Below, piece by piece: positions 38,628 through 46,899 of a stretch of 64,000 nt of DNA; within the stretch, counting starts at the first letter, position 1; every line of letters starts with the position of its first letter. Origin of the DNA: Thermomicrobiales bacterium. GTDB taxonomy: Bacteria > Chloroflexota > Chloroflexia > Thermomicrobiales > UBA6265. The notes below the pieces were generated by a model that was given only the letters and a program-made list of their open reading frames with translations, was not told the origin of the DNA and did not search any database. Made by a program: the position numbers and the translations under genes. The stretch spans positions 1,062,561-1,126,560 of the forward strand of contig OZ244595.1 of the NCBI GenBank assembly GCA_965218235.1. The letters are read 5' to 3'.

Positions 38628-40196
38628 CTACTGGACGACGATGGTGGCGACCATGTTCGGGTGGTAATTGCAGTGGTAGGCGACGCTGCCGGCTGTCGTG
38701 AAGGTGAACGTGAAGGTGGCGCCCGGTGCCATGTTGCCCGAGTCGAACGAGCCGTCATCGGCCGTGACCGTGTGCGCGGCGGTGTCGTTGTTGGTCCAGG
38801 TCACGGTAGTGCCGGCCGCGACCTGGAGTGAGGTCGGCGCGAAGGCGTAGTTGATCAGGGAGACAGCCGAGCCGCCGTCCGCGGGCGCCGCGCTTCCGGA
38901 GTCCGATCCGGCCGGAGTCGCCGTTTCCGACATGTCAGGCGTGTCCGGCGTGGCCGTGGGGGTGGGCGTCGCGACGGCTCCGGGACACGTCGAAGTTGCC
39001 AGCAGTGAGTCGCTCATCGTGAGCGTCTCGCCCTGGCTGAGGTTGAGCCGGACGATCGCTCCCATCGCGCTGGTCGGGCCGAAGGCCGGGGTGGCGACGT
39101 AGAGACCACCGTTCGGGCCGAACGCCATCGCCACCGGCCGGTCCAGCCCCGTCGCGATGTCGACCGATTCGGCGGGTCCGGTCTGGCGGACGACCTTCCC
39201 GGTCCCGGCCTCCGCGAACGGCGGCGTATCCGTATTGCCCGTGCCCATCTCAAGCGCATAGAGCGACCCGTCGGAGCCGACGGCGACACCCGTCACCGCG
39301 GTCAGACCGGTCCAGACGTCGGTGACCATCCCGTCGGGCGTGACCTGGACGATCTTCGAGTCGCCATCCGCGTAGGGCGCGGACGTCAGGAAGCCGACGT
39401 AGAGCGACCCGTCGGGCGCCAGCGCGAGCCCGCTCGGAACCCGGTGCGTGCCAGTGGAAAAGTCGACGAGACGGGTGATCGTTCCATCGGTCGTGACTCT
39501 GAGTAACTGGCCGCTGTTGGCCTCGACCAGCCAGAGTTCGTCGTCGCCAGCAACCATCGCGAACGGATCGCCGTCCGGGCTGTAATCGCCGGGCACCACC
39601 GACACGGGATTCGACGCCATCCAGGCGCTGAGGTCCGCGACCAGTTCGGCGCTGCCATCCCCGTCGAGCGCGTAGACGCCGTTGGGCGTGCTCGGGTTGT
39701 CATTGCTCGGTCCGCCCCCGGCGATCGCGACGTAGACCCGATTGTTGAGCAGGGCGACCGCGGCGGGCCCGCGAACGCTGCCAGTCGTTCCGCGCGTCGA
39801 GGGCAGGTCACCTTCGAAGGCGACTGGGCAGCCCCCATCGACGTAGGAGACGGATCCTGTCAGGCCGCCACCCGCCGGTGCCATCCCACTCGCGACCGGG
39901 GTCGCCCCGATCGGGGGCAGCCCGCCCGATCCGCCTTCCGTGACGTAGAACGAGCCGTCGGCGCCCCAGGTGAAGCCACGGGGATTTTCCAGACCGCTGG
40001 CCGCGAGCGTGATGCCCTCGGTCGAGACCACCGGTGTCGCCTGCTGGGCGAGGACGGCCAACGGGGTCGCCAGGAGGAGGAGACTGATGAGGGCCATTGC
40101 GACACCGGCCCATCGCGACCGTCTGACGTTCACGTTCACTCCTTCTGGCGAGCAGACAGACAGCAAGGGACGGTTTGGACTGGACTGTCGTTGCAC
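38628..40196 (-). CDS. Secreted ScyD/ScyE-like beta-propeller fused to a type-1-copper cupredoxin domain
   Basis: Signal peptide. Same propeller blades as the paralog (GLENPRGFTWGADGSFYVT, LPSTRG, LALAPDGSLYVG). C-terminal TWTNNDTAAHTVTA...VAYHCNYHPNMVATIVVQ gives a complete His/Cys/His/Met ligand set. Confidence 0.75.
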   Translation of the reverse strand: MQRQSSPNRPLLSVCSPEGVNVNVRRSRWAGVAMALISLLLLATPLAVLAQQATPVVSTEGITLAASGLENPRGFTWGADGSFYVTEGGSGGLPPIGATPVASGMAPAGGGLTGSVSYVDGGCPVAFEGDLPSTRGTTGSVRGPAAVALLNNRVYVAIAGGGPSNDNPSTPNGVYALDGDGSAELVADLSAWMASNPVSVVPGDYSPDGDPFAMVAGDDELWLVEANSGQLLRVTTDGTITRLVDFSTGTHRVPSGLALAPDGSLYVGFLTSAPYADGDSKIVQVTPDGMVTDVWTGLTAVTGVAVGSDGSLYALEMGTGNTDTPPFAEAGTGKVVRQTGPAESVDIATGLDRPVAMAFGPNGGLYVATPAFGPTSAMGAIVRLNLSQGETLTMSDSLLATSTCPGAVATPTPTATPDTPDMSETATPAGSDSGSAAPADGGSAVSLINYAFAPTSLQVAAGTTVTWTNNDTAAHTVTADDGSFDSGNMAPGATFTFTFTTAGSVAYHCNYHPNMVATIVVQ

Positions 40197-40339
40197 TCTA
40201 TCCGCGAAACGACAATACCGTCAATAGCTACGCGTATGACGTTCGTACTGTCCTGCTCGGCCGCTCGATCCTCCCGCCGGAGGACGGCTCGTCCTGAGCC
40301 GGTTCTGACGATCAGCGGCTGGTGCTCCCAGTGCCGTCC

Positions 40340-40564
40340 TCAAGGTTTGTCCTGGCAAAGGACCACAGCGGCTCGGAATGGGCGAAGCACATCTGGTGGC
40401 CAGTGGAGCGCGCTGGCGGCCATCGTGACGATGCCCTGGTCGAGTCCGGCGAGGCCCTGGATCTCGTCCATCGCGGCGGTCAGTTCCCGGAAGATCTGGT
40501 CGCTATGGCGCAGGAAGACTTCGCCGAACTGGTTCAGGCGAATCCCCATCGCGCCCGCCTTCAT
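40340..40564 (-). pseudogene. LysR-family regulator relic (internal fragment only)
   Basis: GIRLNQFGEVFLRHSDQIFRELTAAMDEIQGLAGLDQGIVTMAA matches the linker helix of LysR regulators. The HTH is missing (stop just upstream) and the effector domain is cut off after about 70 aa. Confidence 0.5.
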
Positions 40565-40592
40565 CGACGACGAGGCACGGCTTGGCTAGGCC

Positions 40593-41189
40593 GTGGTCGA
40601 GACCTCGAAACGGGCCGTGGTGCGCCGCTTCGTCTTCTCGTCCGTCATCCACCCGACGCTCTCAGCGCTCGAGAACCACCGGGCGAAAGGGCCGGTCGAG
40701 GAGGCGGTTCTCACGTCCGACATGGAGTTCACCTTCCTGCACCCGGCCCTCTTCTTTCAGGATCTTGATGATGGGTGGCCAAACGTGGTGAGGACCGGCG
40801 TCTTCGCCCAGCCCTGGTCGATCGGGACGCGCTTCACATGGGTCGACTACCGCGACGTCGCCGAGGTCGCGGCGATCGCGCTAACCGAGGACCGGCTGGT
40901 CGACGGAACGTTCGAGCTCTGCGCCGCGGGCAATCTCAACCGCCACGACGTGGCGGCGCTCATGAGTGAAGCGCTGGGTCGAACCATCCGGGCCAACCGG
41001 CTGGAACCGCCCGCGAGGGGCGACTCCCAGGGGGACCAGATGGTGGGGTTGCGGACGATGTTCGACTGGTACGACCACCACGGCTTGCTGGGCAATTCCC
41101 TGACACTGATGGCCATCCTCGGGCACGAGCCGCGGACGTTACGCACCTACATCCAGGAACTCGCCGCGAAACCGCTGCCGGCCGGGTGA
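40593..41189 (+). pseudogene. NmrA-like NAD(P)-binding protein lacking its N-terminal Rossmann third
   Basis: Begins inside the fold at VRRFVFSSVIHP...HRAKGPVEEAVLTSDMEFTFLHPALFFQ. No GxxGxxG segment is present. It sits only about 30 nt from the divergent LysR relic. Confidence 0.55.
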
Positions 41190-41265
41190 TGACCCGTCTT
41201 ACTGGCTGCGTCTCGCCCGTGACCGATCCGGCTCGGCATTTTCCAGATGCCAAAGGAGGACCACC

Positions 41266-41824
41266 ATGACCGACACCGCAACGACGCCGTCGCAGCCAGC
41301 CTCGCCGATTCCGACTGACGATCTATCGCGCTCGCTGACGGTGGCTCGTCCGAATGACGACCAGTCGCTGCCGCACATCGGGCTCGTGAGCGACACCTAC
41401 ACGATCCTGCTCACCGGCGACGACACCGCCGGCCGCTACTGCCTGATCGACATGCTCGTCCCGCCCGGCGGTGGTCCGGCCCCACATCGCCACGACTTCG
41501 AGGAGATGTTCACCGTGCTCGATGGCGAGTATCGAGGCCAATTTCCGGGGCGAGAGGTCGACCGTGCGGGCCGGGGAGACGATCAACATCCCGGCCAACG
41601 CACCGTATGAGTTCCACAACGTCGCGGACCGTTCGGCCCGGTTGCTCTGCATGTGCTCGCCGGCCGGGCAGGAGAAGTTCTTCATGGAGGTCGGCCAGCG
41701 GGTCGCGACACGAACGGAGGCGCCACCACTGCTCGATGACGCTGGCCAGAAGGCGTTCATGGTCAAGGCGCAGGAACTCGCGCCGAAGTACCGGACCGAA
41801 TTGCTTCCACCGGGAAGCCTGTAG
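41266..41824 (+). pseudogene. Cupin-domain protein interrupted by a +1 frameshift
   Basis: Frame 1 ends ...PHRHDFEEMFTVLDGE. Frame 2 continues IEANFRGERSTVRAGETINIPANAPYEFHNV. One extra base near 41530 (GAG-T-ATC) separates them. Confidence 0.65.
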
Positions 41825-41908
41825 GAGGATCACGGACTCGCTCCCCGTCCATCCGTCGCGGCGCGATTTCCGACGGGGACCGTTCGACGATCCGTAGAAG
41901 GGCGACCC

Positions 41909-42324
41909 GTGAGCACCAGTAACAGCCAGAATCAGCGGATCGTCGATGAATTCCGGGCCAATGGTGGCAAGGTGGGCGGTCGCTTCGCCGGGGCAACGCT
42001 GCTGCTTCTGACGACGACCGGCGCGAAGAGCGGCAAGCAGACCATCCCCCGGTGATCTGCCACGACGAGGGCGACCGGCTGATCATCTACGCCTCGGCCG
42101 CCGGCCGACCCAACAACCCGGCGTGGTACTACAACGTCGTCGCCAACCCCGAGGTGACGGTCGAGTATGGGACCGATCACTTCACCGCCCAGGCAATGGT
42201 CGTCAGCGGCGCCGAGCGGGACCGGCTCTGGGCGGAGCAGGTCGCCCGAATGCCGACCTTCGCCGCCTACGAAGAGAACACGGATCGGATCATCCCGGTC
42301 GTCGCCCTGGAACGGATCCCGTGA
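41909..42324 (+). pseudogene. F420H2-dependent (DDN/nitroreductase-family deazaflavin-dependent) oxidoreductase with a -1 frameshift
   Basis: A GTG-started frame gives IVDEFRANGGKVGGRFAGATLLLLTTTGAKSGKQTIP-stop. The next frame continues VICHDEGDRLIIYASAAGRPNNPAWYYNVVANPEVTVE...RDRLWAEQVARMP. Adding one C to the C5 run at 42046-42050 restores a single ORF. Confidence 0.75.
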
Positions 42325-42406
42325 GCGGTCGGTCTCGTCTGTCTCGTTGAGCTGGTCCCGGTGTTCCCGCATCCTGCGACCCGATACGCGTTTCGGGGCG
42401 CGGGAA

Positions 42407-42750
42407 TCACCCCCGCCGGTAGATGCGCGCCTCCCATGGCCGCAGCGTGATGCCGGTCGAGAGCACCTTGTTCATCGGGTAGTTTCCGAGCAGCATCCTA
42501 ACCGTGCCCATCCGACGGCGTCGAGGAGATCGACCAGTGCGTCCGCACCGAAGAAGTTGGCGACTACCAGCAGCGTCACGCCGTCGAGATGACGCGTGAA
42601 GGCGTAGACCGTCGGGTCGTCCGGCAGCAGCATCGTGAAGTCCCCCCATCGCCACCACCGGCAGGTCGTGCCGCAGCGAGATCAGCTTCCGGTGATGGTG
42701 GAAGACGGAGTTGACGTCCGTCCGCTCGGTCGCGGCGTTGATCTCCGTGG
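42407..42750 (-). pseudogene. C-terminal remnant of a GH13 alpha-glucosidase / oligo-1,6-glucosidase-type gene, frameshifted
   Basis: Minus-strand frames read NSVFHHHRKLISLRHDLPVVAMG / DFTMLLPDDPTVYAFTRHLDGVTLLVVANF / LLGNYP...LRPWEARIY. A frame change sits at the G6 (C6 on plus) run at 42642-42647. The catalytic core is absent. Confidence 0.6.
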
Positions 42751-43083
42751 CGTTCGGGTTAGGTGTCCGTGGTTAAAGGTATATGAGACAACGTTGGGAA
42801 CTGTGTCGTAGTGGTGGACTGCTTCGGCTTCCGAAACGAATCGGCATCCGGGCGGCTCGCTGAGCAGGTGTCCCACTGGTGGGAGGCGGCCGGGGTCCGG
42901 CGGGGAACTGGTGCTCGCTCGATGGTGGATCGGGCATCAGGTCGTTTTCCTGCGAGTGAAATTCCGCAGTCGACGCAAGTCCGCGTTGCTGATTTAGCCG
43001 AGGTTCCGGGGCTTGATACAAGCCGTGCTCGCCCGCCCAAACTTGGCCACGGGAAGACAAGGGATCTCAAGCCAGGTTGAATG

Positions 43084-43578
43084 TCAGATATCCTGAAGCA
43101 TGGATGCCCACTCAATCAACTCGTCCACTTGTCGCCGAGTTACTCCCACACTTGGGTCGGCCTCCAAGAGAAGTGTCGGCTCACGCCGACCTGAAGCCCA
43201 CGCCCGCGCCTCCTCTGTAATGATGTCATCGATCCATGCCACGCAACTATTCAAGGCAAGGCCTCTAATACTGTCAACTTTTTGCTCGGGCCTGAATGGC
43301 TTCGGTGGCATAGATGCAGCGGCGACAAAATCCGGATAATCCAGCACGGTCTTGAGCAAGCGTCTCTCCTCCTCGTTCCAGGCGGTCGCCCAAATCAAAT
43401 TGAATGACTCTGACAGTTCCGCAAGCCAATCAGCGTGTGCAGCGCAAATCCGGACTGGTTCTTCATCGTCGGGAAGCAGGTTGATTTCCACGCATCCTTG
43501 CGGGCAAGGGCCAGCGAACGGATTCAGTACACCGTCGATGTCGACGAAAAGGATGGGGGTGTGATTGGGGGGAATCAT
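43084..43578 (-). CDS. HAD-superfamily-like small protein
   Basis: N-terminal ILFVDIDGVLNP (DxDx motif I). 164 aa. Visibly lower GC than the flanks. Lies between the two GH13 fragments. Confidence 0.6.
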   Translation of the reverse strand: MIPPNHTPILFVDIDGVLNPFAGPCPQGCVEINLLPDDEEPVRICAAHADWLAELSESFNLIWATAWNEEERRLLKTVLDYPDFVAAASMPPKPFRPEQKVDSIRGLALNSCVAWIDDIITEEARAWASGRREPTLLLEADPSVGVTRRQVDELIEWASMLQDI

Positions 43579-43599
43579 AGTGACCGATCTTCTCCAAGC

Positions 43600-43985
43600 T
43601 TACAGAGCGTCATCCAAACCCAACCGCGTCGGGCATTCTTTGATTTCGCTGTGCCAAATCCGGTGGCCACTGGGCGATCCGACACAACATCGGATAGACC
43701 GTCCTTTCGACAGGAGTTGCAACTGGCCGAACCGTCTCGCGGGCAGGGCTGGTGCGCTGGTAGCGTGATGACCGGCAGGTGCACTGGACGGCTGGCTCGC
43801 TGGCCGGGCGTGGTGCCAGGCAGGTCGCCGATGCCATCGCCGTTGCTGCCGGCGAAGCTGCGCGGGTAGATGCGATGGGCAACCACGTACCGCCACCACT
43901 GCTGGTTCAGCCGAAGCGCGCTCCCGTCCGTCGGTAGTCTGGCGCCGGCGTCATGGCACGCCGCGAACGGGACGAGCGGATCCAT
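43600..43985 (-). pseudogene. N-terminal remnant of the same GH13 alpha-glucosidase-type gene
   Basis: QQWWRYVVAHRIYPRSFAGSNGDGIGDLPG matches the canonical GH13 start WW+.AV.YQIYPRSF.DSNGDGIGDL.G. The downstream sequence degenerates in all frames. Confidence 0.6.
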
Positions 43986-44025
43986 CCCGCCCTCGATCGT
44001 CTCGCCGCGCTGAGAATCGAGCTGG

Positions 44026-44895
44026 CTAGAGGTCCTCCAGCCGTGAGCCGAGCTTCACGGTGACGTCCCGGACCCAGGCGGCGGGGTCCGAGCCGGCTGG
44101 TCCGTTCCAGACCGTGTGGATGCCCATCTTCGCGTAGACCTCCATCTGGCGGAGGAAGCCGTCGGTGTCGTCGCGGGCGTCGGGACCGCCGATGATCGTC
44201 TTCTCGATCCGGTCGTAGTCGGTGCCCGCGTCGTCGCAGTGGCCCTTCAGGACGTCGAGCTTGTGCTGGATCCCGGCCGGGTCGGTCAGGAACAGGTTGC
44301 AGGCGTCGCCGTACCGCGCCACGAACCGGAGCGTCTTCCGCTCGCCCTGGCCACCAATCAGGATCGGCGGGTGCGGCTGGCTGATCACCTGCGGGTGATT
44401 CATGGTCTCGGCCAACTGGTAGTGCTTGCCGTTGTAGGGGCCGTCGTTGTCGCTCCACATCTGCCGGACGATCTGGAGGGTCTCCTCCAGCCGCTCGAAC
44501 CGCTCGGCCGTGGGCGGGTAGGGGACGCCGAGGGCGTGGTGCTCGCGCTCGTACCAGGCGGCGCCGATGCCCAGCATCGCCCGCCCGTTGGAGAGGATGT
44601 CGAGCGTCGTGACGATCTTGGCCAGCAGGCCGGGGTAGCGGTAGGTGACGCCGGTGACGAGCAGACCGAGCCGCAGGTTCTGGGTCTGGCCGGCGATGAA
44701 ACCGAGCGAGGTGTAGCCTTCCATCATCGCGTTCTCGGCCGGACCAACGTTGCTGATCTGGAAGTAGTGATCCATCAGCGTCATGGTCGAGACGCCGCCC
44801 TCGTCGGCCGCGCGGGCGGTATCGGCCAGGATCCGCGCCAGCGGCGCCGGGTTGCCGGGGAACGTCATATTGGCGAAGTGGACGGCGAGCTTCAT
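44026..44895 (-). CDS. LLM-class F420-dependent oxidoreductase
   Basis: MKLAVHFANMTF...VSTMTLMDHYFQ...EGYTSLGFIAGQTQNLRLGLLVTGVTYRYPG...GIGAAWYEREH. The start is trimmed to the ATG at 44895. Confidence 0.85.
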   Translation of the reverse strand: MKLAVHFANMTFPGNPAPLARILADTARAADEGGVSTMTLMDHYFQISNVGPAENAMMEGYTSLGFIAGQTQNLRLGLLVTGVTYRYPGLLAKIVTTLDILSNGRAMLGIGAAWYEREHHALGVPYPPTAERFERLEETLQIVRQMWSDNDGPYNGKHYQLAETMNHPQVISQPHPPILIGGQGERKTLRFVARYGDACNLFLTDPAGIQHKLDVLKGHCDDAGTDYDRIEKTIIGGPDARDDTDGFLRQMEVYAKMGIHTVWNGPAGSDPAAWVRDVTVKLGSRLEDL

Positions 44896-45040
44896 GGTGT
44901 TCCTTCTGATCTGTCCGCCGGAGCAGCGCACGGGTGGTGGGGAGGCGCGACGTGCGTAACGGTCGTGAAAGAATTCATAAGGAAGCACGCGAGATCGATA
45001 CCAGCAGGGCGACGCGAGTCGGAAAGTCCGGGCCGGAGCG

Positions 45041-45104
45041 GTCGGTCGGTCGGTCGGTCGATCGGTCGGTCGGTCGGTCGGTCGGTCGGTCGGTCGGTCG
45101 GTCG
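45041..45104. repeat. Tetranucleotide microsatellite (GTCG)5-ATCG-(GTCG)10
   Basis: Counted directly: 16 units over 64 bp with one variant unit. Intergenic, 146-209 nt upstream of the LLM start (minus strand) and 48 nt downstream of the TetR stop. Confidence 0.95.
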
Positions 45105-45151
45105 TAGTTAGCGCATCACGATCGCGTAGGGAAATGGGACTTCGGACGAGT

Positions 45152-45823
45152 TCATGGCGGCGCTGGGCGACTCGCGGGTGCCGGAGACGTCATCCGCAGG
45201 CCGATGAGCGTCAGCATGGCGTCCAGCGCGACCTCCAGTGGTCGGGTGTCGCGCTGAATCTGGGCCAGCAGGAGGCCGCCCTGGAGGGCGGCGAGGGTGG
45301 CGAGGGCGAGCTCATCCGGGTCCACATCCGGGCTGAGGGCTCCGTTCGCGTGCATGGTCCGAAGACCGTTCCCGAGGGCGGACGCCCAGCGATCGAATGC
45401 GGCGGCGACATCGAGCCGGGCCCCGGGGTCGGTCTCGGCGAGCTGGCCCCCCAGCGATCCCAGCGGGCAACCTCCGCGGCCATGGAGCCGCCGATGCTGG
45501 GCGACGATGTCGTCCCGCCAGGCCCGCAACGCCGCCAGGCCCGTCAGATCGACACGTTCCTGGTGCCCGACGATGGTGTCGGACTGGTAGGCGACGACTG
45601 CTCGCACGAGATCCCGCTTGTCGCTGAAGTAGTGGTAAAGCTGCGAACTGCTGACCGTGGCGGCCGCTCGAACCTCGTCCAGGGTCGTGCCAGTGACACC
45701 GTGGTCGAACATCAGCTCCGCCGCTGAGGCGACGATGCGCTGACGGGTGCGGGCGCCTTTGACGGTCAGCGGGTTCGGATGGGGTGCGGGCGAATCAATC
45801 GCGCCGGAATCGTTCATGGCCAT
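45152..45823 (-). CDS. TetR/AcrR-family transcriptional regulator
   Basis: TRQRIVASAAELMFDHGVTGTTLDEVRAAATVSSSQLYHYFSDKRDLV HTH. The start is trimmed to 45823. Confidence 0.8.
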   Translation of the reverse strand: MAMNDSGAIDSPAPHPNPLTVKGARTRQRIVASAAELMFDHGVTGTTLDEVRAAATVSSSQLYHYFSDKRDLVRAVVAYQSDTIVGHQERVDLTGLAALRAWRDDIVAQHRRLHGRGGCPLGSLGGQLAETDPGARLDVAAAFDRWASALGNGLRTMHANGALSPDVDPDELALATLAALQGGLLLAQIQRDTRPLEVALDAMLTLIGLRMTSPAPASRPAPP

Positions 45824-46003
45824 ACCCAAAGTGTGCCAGCTTGAAACCCGCCCCACCACCCGCGACTGCCGCCCCGGCCCGGATGAGCGGGGACGAGCAC
45901 GGCCGAACCGGACGACTGTCGAATGTGGACGAATGGGCGAGGACCGATCGCTGGCCGGACGGCCCTCCTGCATACGATCAAGCTGGCCCGGATCGACCGG
46001 CGT

Positions 46004-46513
46004 CTACGCCGCTCCCGTCTTCTTCGCGTACTGCACCATACCGAGCACATCCTGCCAGCCGAGCCGACCGATCGCACCCGAGCTGTAGAGCGCCACCAGA
46101 ATGCGTCGATCGGGACCCAGGACGAAGCCGGTCGATTGCAGGTAGGGCGACGTGTGGGCTGGGGCCTCTTCGTAGTAGGCGCCAAGGGTCCGTGCCGTCT
46201 CAAGGACCGGCAGGCCATGGGCGACCGGGAACTTGAGCCCCAGCGACTCGACGGTGGATGCGGCGTGCGCCTCATCGTCCACCGAGGCGGCGATGACGCC
46301 GATGCCTTCCTCCGTCAGCCGTGCCAAACCGGACGCATACGACTTCAACTGCGCCTGGCAATAGGGGCACCAGTGACCGCGGTAGAGCAGGACGGCCTGA
46401 AACGGATGATCGAGCTCGTCCGGCACGCGGAGTTGACGACCGTCGGGGAGCTCGAGCTTCATCGTGGGAAAGGCATCGCCGGTGTCGAGTCGATTGCTGT
46501 TGGGGATCAACAT
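46004..46513 (-). CDS. AhpC/TSA-family peroxiredoxin / thiol-disulfide oxidoreductase
   Basis: VLLYRGHWCPYCQAQL redox motif. The start is trimmed to MLIPNSN at 46513. Confidence 0.75.
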   Translation of the reverse strand: MLIPNSNRLDTGDAFPTMKLELPDGRQLRVPDELDHPFQAVLLYRGHWCPYCQAQLKSYASGLARLTEEGIGVIAASVDDEAHAASTVESLGLKFPVAHGLPVLETARTLGAYYEEAPAHTSPYLQSTGFVLGPDRRILVALYSSGAIGRLGWQDVLGMVQYAKKTGAA

Positions 46514-46707
46514 GAATGCTCCTTGTCTGACGCCTGGTCTGACAGCGTCGACGTTCGAAGGTAGCCGGGCGATGACATCAGCGCGATTTTCGGTTGGCTC
46601 GGGTGCGCGATCGCTGGACCGATTCCGTGAACCGGGCGATGGAGTCGTTCGTGAGGGGATAGAGCCACGCCCGTCGTGGTCCCCGGCCACTTCCCTAAAT
46701 GGAGTGC

Positions 46708-46739
46708 ACAATCCATTTTAGCGGGATGCAATGGATTGT
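46708..46739. promoter_or_regulatory. 10-bp inverted repeat in a locally AT-richer patch of a long divergent intergenic region
   Basis: ACAATCCATT-n12-AATGGATTGT. Confidence 0.25.
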
Positions 46740-46899
46740 CAAATCCAGAATGGTGAGATCCCTGCCACACGATCGATGGACGACTGCCTCTTGCCAGAAC
46801 GCTCGTCAGGGACCAGAGTGGGCAGCAGCATCGGGCGGCAGGCTCGGGTTGCCGGGAATACCACCTCCGCGCTCCTGAACGGGGAAAGAGGATCTCGCC

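Noticed and set aside
29693-45104. Whether either tandem repeat could be a CRISPR array.
   Set aside because: The units are 4-6 bp, directly abutting, with no spacers. No cas genes are in the window.
44116-45111. 331-aa plus-strand ORF ending in (GRSV)n.
   Set aside because: It is antisense to the LLM oxidoreductase. The tail is simply the GTCG microsatellite translated.
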